Assembly (NCBI GenBank): GCA_002400905.2
Contig: NVRQ02000113.1
Span: 1-53,866 of the forward strand
Reading direction: 5' to 3'
Length of the DNA stretch: 53,866 nucleotides
Source of the DNA: Gammaproteobacteria bacterium
GTDB taxonomy: Bacteria; Pseudomonadota; Gammaproteobacteria; GCA-2400775
A model generated the notes under the pieces. That model saw only the letters and a list, made by a program, of their open reading frames with translations, ran no database searches and was not told the origin of the DNA. Both the position numbers and the translations under genes were made by a program. The first letter of the stretch is position 1. Each line of letters opens with the position of its first letter. Shown here in pieces: positions 19,419 to 28,867 of this stretch.

Positions 19419-20837
19419 TCAGCTCCCCTCTAAATCAGTTTTGGACGCCGTCACCGCACCAGCCGCGCCACCGGCTGCGTGCGAACCATGGCCAACACCC
19501 ATCGCTTCACGCTTACGGTGATAACACATTTCCTTAACCTCATACATCGAGACACACGGAAATACTTTTACAAATATTAAGAACAATAAACCAAACCAGC
19601 CAAAACTACCAAAGACGATGGCCCACTGAATCATACTTGGCCACATGACGTCGAAGGCGAACGGATGGTAACCCTGTGACAGGGTTGGCGTCACAATCAT
19701 CCAGCGCTCTAGCCACATACCTAAGTTAAGCACCAGGGACACAACCAGCATGGTCGGTAGATGGGTGCGTAGCTTTTCAGACGCAAGCGTGAATGGCACC
19801 ACAGAACCAATGAACAACATCATCCAGAAATAAGGAGAGTAAGCCCCCGTAAACTTGGCAATGAGAAGTTCTTTATCGACTGCGTTATGACCGTACCAAA
19901 TAGAAGCGAATTCAATCAAGTTCAAGTAAGTCCACACCATCGCAATAGCAAAGGTCAGCTTGGCGGTCTTCACCAGAATCGGAATGGTCATATAGTCTTC
20001 CAGCCGGAAGAAATAACGCAGACAAATAAACAAGGTCATAATCGCAGCACAACCAGAATACAAGGCACCCGCCACAAAGTACGGTGGGAAGGTGGTGACG
20101 TGCCAACCGGGCATGACCGACATCGCAAAGTCAGACGACACGATAGAATGTACCGATACCGCCAACGGGATCAGGAAACACGCCATCAACAAATAAGTGC
20201 GACGGAAATTACGCCATTGCCTATCATCCCCACGCCAACCAAGCGAAAGTATGGTGTAAAGCTTACGACGCCAGCCGGTGGTGTTATCACGGCAAATAGC
20301 CAAATCAGGAATCATCCCAATAAACAGGAATAAGGCTGAAGAGGTTAAATAAGTCGAGATCGCGAACGCATCCCACACCAATGGGGAGCGGAAATTAGGC
20401 CAAATGCCACGATCACTGTAATAAGGCAACACCCAGTACATATTCCATAAACGACCAATGTGAATCACTGGGAACAAACCAGCAGTCATCAAAGAGAACG
20501 TGGTCATGGCTTCAGCAAAACGATAAATCGGTTTGCGCCAATCGGCATGAATAATATGCAAAATCGCTGACAACAAAGTTCCAGGATGGCTCATACCAAT
20601 CCAGAAAATGAAGGTAGCAATATACAGATCCCACATATGCGGCCAGTTTAGATTGGCTGGCCCCATACCAACATTGTACTGATAGACTTCTGCTGCAACG
20701 GCGCAGGAAATCATAGCAATACAGACGATAATCGCAACCCAATAAGCCTTGCGCGGATTCATCATGCTCCGCATCACATCTTTATTGATTTGGGACCACG
20801 GTAGATTTTCGTTAATATCTTTCGTATGCATTCGCAT
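19419..20837 (-). CDS. actC: Alternative complex III quinol-interacting subunit ActC (NrfD/PsrC family)
   Basis: 472 aa polytopic NrfD-like membrane protein immediately downstream of the Fe-S subunit. Confidence 0.85.
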   Translation of the reverse strand: MRMHTKDINENLPWSQINKDVMRSMMNPRKAYWVAIIVCIAMISCAVAAEVYQYNVGMGPANLNWPHMWDLYIATFIFWIGMSHPGTLLSAILHIIHADWRKPIYRFAEAMTTFSLMTAGLFPVIHIGRLWNMYWVLPYYSDRGIWPNFRSPLVWDAFAISTYLTSSALFLFIGMIPDLAICRDNTTGWRRKLYTILSLGWRGDDRQWRNFRRTYLLMACFLIPLAVSVHSIVSSDFAMSVMPGWHVTTFPPYFVAGALYSGCAAIMTLFICLRYFFRLEDYMTIPILVKTAKLTFAIAMVWTYLNLIEFASIWYGHNAVDKELLIAKFTGAYSPYFWMMLFIGSVVPFTLASEKLRTHLPTMLVVSLVLNLGMWLERWMIVTPTLSQGYHPFAFDVMWPSMIQWAIVFGSFGWFGLLFLIFVKVFPCVSMYEVKEMCYHRKREAMGVGHGSHAAGGAAGAVTASKTDLEGS

Positions 20838-20886
20838 TACTCGCTAATCTTGAGTTTCTCTGTTATCCGGTTAAATACCAGCCCCG

Positions 20887-21747
20887 TTATACTTCACGCA
20901 CACGTTCCAGGAACATGACACATGGGTCGGTATTCAACCCTTCCAAGACTCGATAACCACGCTTATCTGGGTTACTTTTATTTTGACTGGATTTACCTAG
21001 CGCAACCTCATGCTTTTCCCACACTTTGGACACTGCGCTGTCTTTGTCTAACAAATCACCGAAGAAAATCGCCTGTGTTGCACAACTTTGCTGACAGGCA
21101 GTTTTAAGATCACCGTCTTTAACCGCCCCTGGGCCACGACGATCATCACGCGCAGCATCATCTTTGGCTGTACGGATACGTTGCACACAGAAAGTACATT
21201 TTTCCATGACCCCTTTATCACGTACTGAAATATCAGGGTTAAGCTGCATTTGTAACGGCTCTGGCCATGAATCTTCGTAGTAAGAGAAAAAGTTAAAATA
21301 TCGTAAACGGTACGGACAGTTATTAGAACAATAACGCGAACCAATACAGCGGTTATAAACTTGAGCATTCAAGCCATCAGGCGTGTGATAGGTTGCCGCT
21401 ACCGGACATACCGGCTCACAAGTCGCTGCATTACAATGCTGACAATTCATCGGTATGAAGCTGGCGCCATGAATTTGGTATTCATTGACCTTATCTTCAC
21501 CCAAGTCAGGCTCATCCCAATAACGTTCGATACGCAGCCAATGCATGCCCTGGCCTTTAGAAAACTTCTCTTCACCGACAACAGCAAGATTGTTCTCGGC
21601 ATAACAGGCAACAGAACAGGCATTACAACCTGTGCACTTATCAAGATCGATGGCCATGCCCCACATATGCTCATATTCGTGGTAACCGCCTTCCTCATGA
21701 CCTTTGCGATACTTGGACCAATTCTCTAGGATATTTTCTAACGACAT
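20887..21747 (-). CDS. actB: Alternative complex III iron-sulfur subunit (ActB2 part; 4Fe-4S ferredoxin-type)
   Basis: 286 aa with Cys clusters CTGCNACSVAC, CQHCNAATCEPVCP, CIGSRYCSNNCP and CTFCVQR. It has its own AAGGGG Shine-Dalgarno and ATG, 15 nt after the B1 stop. Confidence 0.85.
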   Translation of the reverse strand: MSLENILENWSKYRKGHEEGGYHEYEHMWGMAIDLDKCTGCNACSVACYAENNLAVVGEEKFSKGQGMHWLRIERYWDEPDLGEDKVNEYQIHGASFIPMNCQHCNAATCEPVCPVAATYHTPDGLNAQVYNRCIGSRYCSNNCPYRLRYFNFFSYYEDSWPEPLQMQLNPDISVRDKGVMEKCTFCVQRIRTAKDDAARDDRRGPGAVKDGDLKTACQQSCATQAIFFGDLLDKDSAVSKVWEKHEVALGKSSQNKSNPDKRGYRVLEGLNTDPCVMFLERVREV

Positions 21748-21762
21748 AAGCAGAAACCCCTT

Positions 21763-24018
21763 TTATACGCGCCGTAACTGATCGGCAGTGATCGTGCCAA
21801 CCAATTTGCGGCCAACCTGGGATTCGCTGCCACCCATTTTGACCAGCTCCTCATTACGTCCGGTGCTAACAACCGTGACTCGTGTTGCACAAAGGGCTAA
21901 TTCGCCGGTCTGCACATCGCTTGTTGTAGCAAGCATCTTCAATGGATTAACACCGCGGCCTGTAGCATAACGACCATACTCGGTATGACCTTGCCCCATC
22001 GGCACTGCAACGGCATCTTTATTAATCCCTTTATGTAAATAAATTTGGGCTTTAACACTGCCTTCAGCGCTAGCGACTTCGACAAAGTCACCTTGCTTAA
22101 AACCGTAATACAGCGCAGTCGCAGGATGCATTTCCACCCAAGAGTTCCAAACAATCTTAGTGATCGCATCAGGCGCTTCTTGCAACCAAGGCAGGTTGGC
22201 GAAACGACCGTCACCCAGACGACTGCTTGCCGCTGGAATCAAACTCAGCGGGTAGTCTTTATTTTTTTCGTATACGGGTAGCACAAAACCCATTGTATCT
22301 GCTGACTTAACAAGCGCATCGCTCGCATCGTCATTTGCCGCCGTCGCAATAGCCGCTGGAAACGGCTTTGGCGCCGTCACTTTCAACATACCTTGCTGTA
22401 AGCCAGCCTGCCAATACGCCTCATCGCTGGCACCTTCTTTAGCCACCGCAGGGACAGCAGAAACAACATTACGCAAATACGCATAGTAATCAGCAAACGG
22501 ACCATATTGTTCCGCGTTGTAAAGCTTCAGCACGTCAAGCAGTGTGTCACCAAGGCTGCGCGTCTCGGCATACAGCGGCTCCATTAATGGTTGTTGCAAA
22601 CTAATCATCGGATCAGCCACTTGATAGCTCGCTACATGCGTTCCCCATGACTCCATATCGGAATGTAATGGCAAAACAATGTCAGCCATTGAACTGGTTT
22701 CATCAAGAAACTCAGTAAAAGCGACCTTAACTTTGACTGCGCTGAGCGCAGCCGCCATATCAAGCTGATCAGGAGCGGTATACGCTGGATTTGTACCCGC
22801 AATCAACGCAACACTAATATCGCCAGCTTTTGCTTTTTTAGCAAAAGCGGCTAGCTGTGCGGTGTCACCTTTTTTCGGCGCCAACGCTGGATAAGGGAAA
22901 TCAGCTACAGGAATAATGGTCTTACCAACATTGCCCAGCAATACGTTTAACATCGCTGCCGCGGTAACGGCCTCATAACCATGCTCATGCGCAGCCGCGG
23001 TACCACCAGCAATCACCAAACTTGGTGCACGCGTAGCAAGGAAGTTCGCTGCCTGTTTAACTAAGCTAGCAGCAACACCAGTTTGCGCTTCAGAACTGTC
23101 TAAGCTGTATTGACCTAATTGATCCGCCATGGCCTTGGGTAGCTTGGTCGCGTCAGCACCGTGACTGGCAACCAACTCGGCAGCAATGGTCATTGCCAAG
23201 GTGCCTTCTGTACCAGGACGTACTGGCAACCATAGATCAGCACTACCACCGGTTACCGTCATTTTAGGTTCGGCTTGAATTAACACACCCCGCGGCGCAT
23301 CACGGAACTGACCGTATTGCACTGAGTTATGCACTGGAGAACCCCAAGTACTGAGGAAGTCGGCACCAAACGACAGTATTGACTGCGCATCGGCGATTTT
23401 ATATTGGACGTTAGCGCTGCCATAAACATCGGCATTCACTTTATCGACAACGGTGTCATTGAGCGTTTCGTGAGCATAATGACTTGCGCCACCCACAGCT
23501 TCTGAGACAGCGTCCATCAACACACGTTGATGGCCACTCACCGTGCCAGTCAACCAAGCAATACGTGAACCATCCAAACCTGAGTCAGGGCCGATACTTG
23601 ATTTCAGTGCTGCAAAGGCATCATCCCATGTGACGTCAATGAGCTTACCTTCTTGGCGAAGCTTAGGCTGCTTAAGACGATCTGGATTGTAATGAACTTG
23701 CAGTGCAGCCTGACCAATTTGGCACAGCGCGCCTTTATTGATCGGTGAAACGGGATTACCTTCCAGCTTCAACACACGGCCTTCGCGTACGCGGCCGATA
23801 ATACCGCAACCGGCGTCGCACTGCTGACACGTGGAGGCATACCACACGCCGATACCAGGAATGACATACTCTTCCGGCATCAAGTAAGAAACTACCTCCT
23901 CCTCACCTTCTTCCAGCGTAACAGTGGTTGGCATATCACAGGCTGCCAATGCCGCTGAAGCACCCGTTAAGCCGGTGATCTTCAGAAAGTCTCTACGTTT
24001 GACCTTGTATGTGCTCAT
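21763..24018 (-). CDS. actB: Alternative complex III molybdopterin-oxidoreductase-like subunit (ActB1 part), Tat signal
   Basis: 751 aa with the twin-arginine motif KRRDFLKITGLTGASAALAAC, followed by an N-terminal C-x2-C-x3-C cluster (CQQCDAGC). Complex iron-sulfur molybdoenzyme fold. Confidence 0.85.
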   Translation of the reverse strand: MSTYKVKRRDFLKITGLTGASAALAACDMPTTVTLEEGEEEVVSYLMPEEYVIPGIGVWYASTCQQCDAGCGIIGRVREGRVLKLEGNPVSPINKGALCQIGQAALQVHYNPDRLKQPKLRQEGKLIDVTWDDAFAALKSSIGPDSGLDGSRIAWLTGTVSGHQRVLMDAVSEAVGGASHYAHETLNDTVVDKVNADVYGSANVQYKIADAQSILSFGADFLSTWGSPVHNSVQYGQFRDAPRGVLIQAEPKMTVTGGSADLWLPVRPGTEGTLAMTIAAELVASHGADATKLPKAMADQLGQYSLDSSEAQTGVAASLVKQAANFLATRAPSLVIAGGTAAAHEHGYEAVTAAAMLNVLLGNVGKTIIPVADFPYPALAPKKGDTAQLAAFAKKAKAGDISVALIAGTNPAYTAPDQLDMAAALSAVKVKVAFTEFLDETSSMADIVLPLHSDMESWGTHVASYQVADPMISLQQPLMEPLYAETRSLGDTLLDVLKLYNAEQYGPFADYYAYLRNVVSAVPAVAKEGASDEAYWQAGLQQGMLKVTAPKPFPAAIATAANDDASDALVKSADTMGFVLPVYEKNKDYPLSLIPAASSRLGDGRFANLPWLQEAPDAITKIVWNSWVEMHPATALYYGFKQGDFVEVASAEGSVKAQIYLHKGINKDAVAVPMGQGHTEYGRYATGRGVNPLKMLATTSDVQTGELALCATRVTVVSTGRNEELVKMGGSESQVGRKLVGTITADQLRRV

Positions 24019-24056
24019 TTATAAATCGTCCTCTACACTTGCGTCAGACGCCGCGC

Positions 24057-24716
24057 TTATTTATGACACTTCCAACAATCGGACGGACCGTTGTTATCTT
24101 CGTGACATTGGCGACAAAAGCCCATAGTTAGTGGCTTTACCTTACGTGCTACGGTCATTTCTTTAACCTCACCGTGACAAAATGCACACACTTCGTCAGC
24201 ACGCTCAACCTCCATACCTTCGTTATTGAAGATAAAGCGGTTTAGATGTTTCTCATGGTTAAAGTGCACAAAGTCTGGCAAATCATGCACTTTCTTCCAC
24301 TTAGGTGACTCACCTTTTTCCCAGTACTCAGCCAATTTTTTAATACGTGGCTTATCGGTAGCAATGACGGTGTGACAACCCATGCATTTACTGGTCGGCG
24401 GAATACCTGCAACCAGACCACGACGCGCATAGGTATGACAATACATGCAATTAATCTTGTTATCACGCGCATGAATATCGTGCGGGAAATCGATAGGTTG
24501 TTCAACGTGTTTTCCGTCATGATCACCCTTAGGCGGCACCGCATTGGGCACTTCAGCATAGGCACTACCAACAAAAAACAGCAGCACACACAACACGCCA
24601 AATAGCATGTTGAAACGTGTTGCCACGTGCCCCCACGCTTTTGCGGGGACAGGCTCTCGGGGTGCAAGGTGGCGATTGCTTTGTGACACCTTTCCAGGAA
24701 TCAGACCATGGGTCAT
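24057..24716 (-). CDS. actA: Alternative complex III pentaheme cytochrome c subunit ActA
   Basis: 219 aa with an N-terminal TM anchor and five CXXCH motifs (CMYCH, CMGCH, CAFCH, CRQCH, CWKCH). Confidence 0.85.
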   Translation of the reverse strand: MTHGLIPGKVSQSNRHLAPREPVPAKAWGHVATRFNMLFGVLCVLLFFVGSAYAEVPNAVPPKGDHDGKHVEQPIDFPHDIHARDNKINCMYCHTYARRGLVAGIPPTSKCMGCHTVIATDKPRIKKLAEYWEKGESPKWKKVHDLPDFVHFNHEKHLNRFIFNNEGMEVERADEVCAFCHGEVKEMTVARKVKPLTMGFCRQCHEDNNGPSDCWKCHK

Positions 24717-25201
24717 AACGTTACCTCAAATTCTCACGCAGAGTGATGCGAGTAATCTCTAAAAATAATTCAGGAAATTCAGACCAAACGAGGAAGGAAC
24801 TACAGCCACACCGAGCAAGCGAAACGCTCGTAAATAATATTACCTAGTGCCACTGTTAAGCAGAGCCAACTGCTTGGCAGTGATCATTACTTGGTAACAA
24901 CACTTCTGGCTTAAACCAATAAAGCTTGCCCCCGCACCGGTATCTTCCGATATGCGCCTTCACTGAACTCCGAAACAAAGACAAACGTGCCTTCACAGCG
25001 GTGATTAGAGGGCGGCATCGTAGACCAATTGAGTCCGGGCTGTCAATCTTAACTCGAGATGAACAGACCATGTTCATGTCCTCAAAGCTAGCGCTAACAC
25101 CCCGCAAATTAGAGGGTAGTTATTTTCAATGCTTCCGAAGGTATTGTTTCTCAAACAAAATCACCAAGACGTGACAATTACGTGATCGAATCAAACAGCG
25201 C

Positions 25202-25960
25202 TTATACTGGGTTCTCGATATCGATAAATTCGTGATCGAGGCGAAACTGCTTGGCCAAATGATTAGCCAAAGCTTGGATACCATAACGTTCGGTCGCATG
25301 ATGACCCGCGGCCAAATAGTGAATCCCCAACTCCTTAGCGGCATGAAATGTGCGCTCAGACACTTCTCCACTAATGTAAACATCGGCACCCGCAGCAGCA
25401 GCCAATTCAATATAGTCTTGTGCGCCGCCGGTACACCAAGCCACACTCAATATTGGCCTGTCATGCCCTTTGATCAACAGCGGCTGCCGGTTTAGTATCA
25501 CGCCCACATGGGCAGCGAAATGATCAATATCATCGGCTTTTGGCAGCACTGCATGGCGTACTAGCTCGGGATTAGTGTCAGGTCCTATAGCGTCGCCATA
25601 AGCAAAACCCAATTGCTGTGCAAGCTGAGCGTTGTTACCGAGTTCTGGGTGAACATCAAGCGGTAGATGGTAGGCATAAAGATTCATGTCGGCCGCCATC
25701 AAACTGGCAATACGGCGATACTTTGAACCCACAATACAGGGATCCTCGCCTTTCCAGAAATAACCATGATGCACTAGCAAAGCATCCGCATTAGCGGCTA
25801 CTGCTGCCGCAATCAAGGCTTGGCTCGCGGTGACACCGCTGACAATTTTCTTTATCTGCGACTTACCCGCAACATGCAAGCCGTTTGGGCAGTAATCGTG
25901 CTGGGCTGAAACGGCCAAAAATTCACTGCAATAACGGGTCAGTTGATCTCGTTCTACCAT
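25202..25960 (-). CDS. Nif3-like dinuclear metal centre protein (YbgI family; GTP cyclohydrolase 1 type 2 homologue)
   Basis: Motifs NGLHVAGK, VHHGYFWKGE and LPLDVHPELGNNAQLA match E. coli YbgI. The track start is 25987. The ATG at 25960 has a GGAAG Shine-Dalgarno and gives the expected length of about 250 aa. Confidence 0.88.
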   Translation of the reverse strand: MVERDQLTRYCSEFLAVSAQHDYCPNGLHVAGKSQIKKIVSGVTASQALIAAAVAANADALLVHHGYFWKGEDPCIVGSKYRRIASLMAADMNLYAYHLPLDVHPELGNNAQLAQQLGFAYGDAIGPDTNPELVRHAVLPKADDIDHFAAHVGVILNRQPLLIKGHDRPILSVAWCTGGAQDYIELAAAAGADVYISGEVSERTFHAAKELGIHYLAAGHHATERYGIQALANHLAKQFRLDHEFIDIENPV

Positions 25961-26028
25961 GCGTTCTTCCCGTACTTGATATACCATTCGCGTATTATCT
26001 CAGCTTTTTTTGAAACGATCACCCCTCT

Positions 26029-27192
26029 ATGCGCAAGTTTTTACTCTATCTCGCCCAAGGCACATTTATCGGCTTAATCGTCGCCTTTATCTATTTATTG
26101 CTCTTTCAGCCACACGTCTTTGAACACAAGACCATTACGCTAACCGAAGAAGCCAGACCCAGCATTGCTGAATTTGAAAAGCGTAATGGCCCTATTGGTG
26201 GACCTGTATCCTACGCCAATGCGGTTAATTTGGCTGCTCCTGCCGTAGTCAATATCTACACGACCAAAATCATACGTGAACGCCAAAACCCGATGTTGAA
26301 CGACCCTCTCTTTCGTCGTTTCTTTGGTGATAGTTTTAGCGCGCAGCCGCGCCAACGCGCCGAAAACAGTTTGGGCTCGGGTGTCATCGTCAGCACCGAA
26401 GGCTATGTGCTAACCAATAACCATGTGGTCGCTGGCGCCGATGAAATTCTTGTTGCTTTGGCCGATGGTCGTACTTCCAAAGCAACCGTAATAGGTAGAG
26501 ATCCAGACACCGATCTTGCTGCGCTAAAAATCCATCTCGACGACCTCCCCATTATCACCATAGGTCAGTCTGATACCCTCGCCGTTGGCGATGTCGTACT
26601 TGCCATTGGCAATCCATTTGGGGTTGGCCAAACCGTGACTATGGGCATCGTCAGCGCAACCGGCCGCAGTGGCCTTGATATCGCCACCTTTGAGAACTTT
26701 ATTCAGACCGATGCCGCAATCAACCCTGGCAACTCAGGTGGCGCCTTGATCAATGCTTTTGGTCAGCTGATCGGCGTCAATACCGCCATATTCTCTAAGA
26801 GCGGTGGGTCTCAAGGTATTGGCTTTGCCATCCCAACCAGTGTCGCAACCAAGATATTAGAAGAGCTGATTGCTAACGGGCGCGCCATTCGCGGCTGGCT
26901 TGGCGTCGAAATACAAGATATTACGCCTCGCCTTGCTCAATCATTCGGACTCAGCCAACCCAACGGAATCCTGGTCGCAGGGGTATTGGAAAATGGTCCA
27001 GCCCACCACGCCGGCTTTCGCGCAGGCGACATCATTGTCGGTATAGAGGGGATGAATTTTTCTAACGGTCGTGAAATGATGAATCAAGTTGCACAGATAT
27101 CACCCGGCGAAACGATAGTGATTGAAGCCATCCGCAACCGCCAAGTTCTGGTGTTAGACACCACCATTGGTCAGCGACCGCAACGCAATTAG
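26029..27192 (+). CDS. degS: DegS/AlgW-type membrane-anchored periplasmic serine endoprotease (S1C, single PDZ)
   Basis: 387 aa with an N-terminal TM anchor, a His/Asp/Ser triad (TNNHVV, DTDLAALK, GNSGGAL) and one C-terminal PDZ domain. Confidence 0.85.
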   Translation: MRKFLLYLAQGTFIGLIVAFIYLLLFQPHVFEHKTITLTEEARPSIAEFEKRNGPIGGPVSYANAVNLAAPAVVNIYTTKIIRERQNPMLNDPLFRRFFGDSFSAQPRQRAENSLGSGVIVSTEGYVLTNNHVVAGADEILVALADGRTSKATVIGRDPDTDLAALKIHLDDLPIITIGQSDTLAVGDVVLAIGNPFGVGQTVTMGIVSATGRSGLDIATFENFIQTDAAINPGNSGGALINAFGQLIGVNTAIFSKSGGSQGIGFAIPTSVATKILEELIANGRAIRGWLGVEIQDITPRLAQSFGLSQPNGILVAGVLENGPAHHAGFRAGDIIVGIEGMNFSNGREMMNQVAQISPGETIVIEAIRNRQVLVLDTTIGQRPQRN

Positions 27193-27300
27193 CCATTCTG
27201 CCGATGTCGAGAGCCTACGCAACAAACACTAAGAGGCCTTCTCAATTACCTGAGTGAGCGTAATTCTGAGGCCGTGCTGGCACGGTGATTGGGAGCGCCC

Positions 27301-28095
27301 CTACGGAGCGTCACCGTCACTTTGCTCAGCAGCTTTCTCTTCTGCCCGCTCTTCTTCTGTTTTCTCTGAAGTAAAATATTTAGAGAAAATAAGACCCACC
27401 TCAAACAATAACCACATAGGAATGGCCAGTAAAGTTTGCGAAATAACATCCGGTGGCGTCAACAACATGCCCAGGACAAAAGCGCCAACAAAAACATAAG
27501 GACGCTTTTCTTTCAACTTCTCGACCGTCATCATTCCAGTCTTAATCACTAATATCGTCGCAATAGGCACTTCAAAAGCAATACCAAATGCAAAAAATAT
27601 CTTAATGACAAAACCAAGATAAGAATCAATATCCGGCATTGCCGAAACACCTTCCGGTGCAACACCCTGCAAAAAACTAAACACTAAGGGGAATACAACA
27701 AAGTAGGCAAATGCCATGCCCGTATAAAATAAGAGGGTGCTGGATAATACGAGCGGAAAGGCTAAGCGCTTCTCATGCTTATATAGCCCTGGCGCAATAA
27801 ACGCCCAGGCGTGGTAAAGCACAACAGGAATACCAATACAGATAGCCAACGCTAGAATCGTTTTCAATGGCGTTAAGAAAGGCGCAATGGGATCAATCGA
27901 AATCATCGTTGCGCCGACCGGCATCACACTCAGCAGGGGCGCGGCCAAAGCTTGAAAAACCTCACTAGCAAAAGGAAACAAACAAATAAATATAACAAAA
28001 ATAGTGATGACCACTTTCACCAAGCGATCGCGCACTTCTTTCAAGTGTTCCATGAAAGGCGATTCTGGGTCTGGTGGAAATTTCTCTGTGGCCAT
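27301..28095 (-). CDS. tatC: Twin-arginine translocase subunit TatC
   Basis: 264 aa protein with six TM helices and the conserved HLKEVRDRL N-terminal region. Confidence 0.95.
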   Translation of the reverse strand: MATEKFPPDPESPFMEHLKEVRDRLVKVVITIFVIFICLFPFASEVFQALAAPLLSVMPVGATMISIDPIAPFLTPLKTILALAICIGIPVVLYHAWAFIAPGLYKHEKRLAFPLVLSSTLLFYTGMAFAYFVVFPLVFSFLQGVAPEGVSAMPDIDSYLGFVIKIFFAFGIAFEVPIATILVIKTGMMTVEKLKEKRPYVFVGAFVLGMLLTPPDVISQTLLAIPMWLLFEVGLIFSKYFTSEKTEEERAEEKAAEQSDGDAP

Positions 28096-28130
28096 ATTAC
28101 TTCAGTAGGTCTGCTGAAAAAACGCAAGCG

Positions 28131-28439
28131 TTAGCTTGAAGTCTTATTCTCGGTCGGCACAGAACTACTCGTGCCACTCTCAACCGGGATTGAATCTTTA
28201 AGTTGATTGACTGTATCGTGTAACTCAGCAAACTCAGCTTGATCTCCGACAAGCTTTTTAAGCTCGTCAGCCTTATCCACTTCGTTTTTGATCTCTTCCT
28301 TCACGCTGGCAGCGATCTTTCTCGCCTTACCAACCCATTGACCAACATTGCGCACTAAACCGGCGAACTTATCGGGCCCAACAACAATTAAAGCAATGGC
28401 TGCAACGACCAAAATCTCCCAGGAACTAATGTCAAACAT
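28131..28439 (-). CDS. tatB: Twin-arginine translocase subunit TatB
   Basis: 102 aa starting MFDISSWEILVVAAIALIVVGPDK, followed by an amphipathic helix. Confidence 0.9.
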   Translation of the reverse strand: MFDISSWEILVVAAIALIVVGPDKFAGLVRNVGQWVGKARKIAASVKEEIKNEVDKADELKKLVGDQAEFAELHDTVNQLKDSIPVESGTSSSVPTENKTSS

Positions 28440-28451
28440 GCTGCAGCACCG

Positions 28452-28694
28452 TTAGGCTTTATCTTTTTCGGCTGAGACGCTTTTTTCAGAAACTTCACCT
28501 TCTATAACATCACTGGCGTCGGTTCTCTCCAGCTTCGCACCCTCCTCACCCTCTGCTTCACCATTTTTCATGGAATTTTTAAAACCTTTAATCGCACTAC
28601 CCAAATCACCACCGACATTACGTAAGCGTTTTGCGCCGAACAACAACAGTACAATCACTAAAACAATTACTAACTGCGTAATACTTGGGGCCAT
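28452..28694 (-). CDS. tatA: Twin-arginine translocase subunit TatA
   Basis: The track ORF reaches 28733. I start at the ATG at 28694 ([32 protein letters not shown]), which has a GGAG Shine-Dalgarno 9 nt upstream. The upstream extension runs into MITE-2a. Confidence 0.9.
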   Translation of the reverse strand: MAPSITQLVIVLVIVLLLFGAKRLRNVGGDLGSAIKGFKNSMKNGEAEGEEGAKLERTDASDVIEGEVSEKSVSAEKDKA

Positions 28695-28717
28695 GACTTT
28701 TCTCCAACAACCTGTTT

Positions 28718-28867
28718 TATGAGACCTTTGCACGAAGCATCTTTTCCGCTATGGCGGCGTTAAAAACAGTCTTAAAATGCGCATTTACTCGTGTAAACTG
28801 CGCTTTTTCGACGATTTTTGCCTTGCCCTAACGAAAAACCACCATCGTGCAATGGTCTCACTATCTA
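28718..28867. repeat. MITE-like element, family 2, copy a (about 150 bp)
   Basis: Termini are tatgagacctttgcacgaag ... catcgtgcaatggtctcactatcta (an inverted repeat of about 20 bp). It fills the hisE|tatA gap and abuts the hisE stop codon (28868-28870). It is homologous to 30078-30291 in the opposite orientation. Confidence 0.85.

Noticed and set aside
20887-24018. The split ActB as a frameshifted pseudogene.
   Set aside because: The B1 ORF ends in a clean stop. The B2 ORF begins 15 nt later with ATG preceded by AAGGGG at proper spacing. Both halves are full length, so this is a genuine two-gene arrangement.
24841-25140. Possible known ncRNA in the gap: 6S RNA, RNase P RNA, tmRNA, SRP RNA or an Rsm/Csr-type sRNA.
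   Set aside because: Only short chance resemblances exist (GCGGCATC like the 6S 3' end, GTCCGGGCT like RNase P P4). The required complementary 5' arm and other conserved blocks are absent. There are five GGA motifs in about 230 nt, which is about what composition predicts.
24856-25174. Two overlapping 82-83 aa ORFs in the actA upstream region, considered as possible small proteins.
   Set aside because: They overlap each other on opposite strands, one needs a TTG start, and neither has a Shine-Dalgarno or family resemblance. I treat the region as non-coding but flag it in the findings.
25170-25195. FNR/Anr-like (TTGAT-N4-ATCAA) or CRP-like half-sites near the nif3 stop and in the osmC|crp spacer (10870-10900).
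   Set aside because: The spacing or the half-site matches are wrong (GTGAT-N3-ATCAA and TGTGC-N6-GAGAC). These are not supportable without a matrix scan.
27285-27305. gagcgcccctacg at the tatC 3' end, resembling the actF terminator stem (17182-17195).
   Set aside because: The similarity is about 13 nt, lies within coding sequence and has no complementary arm. It is probably a coincidence.
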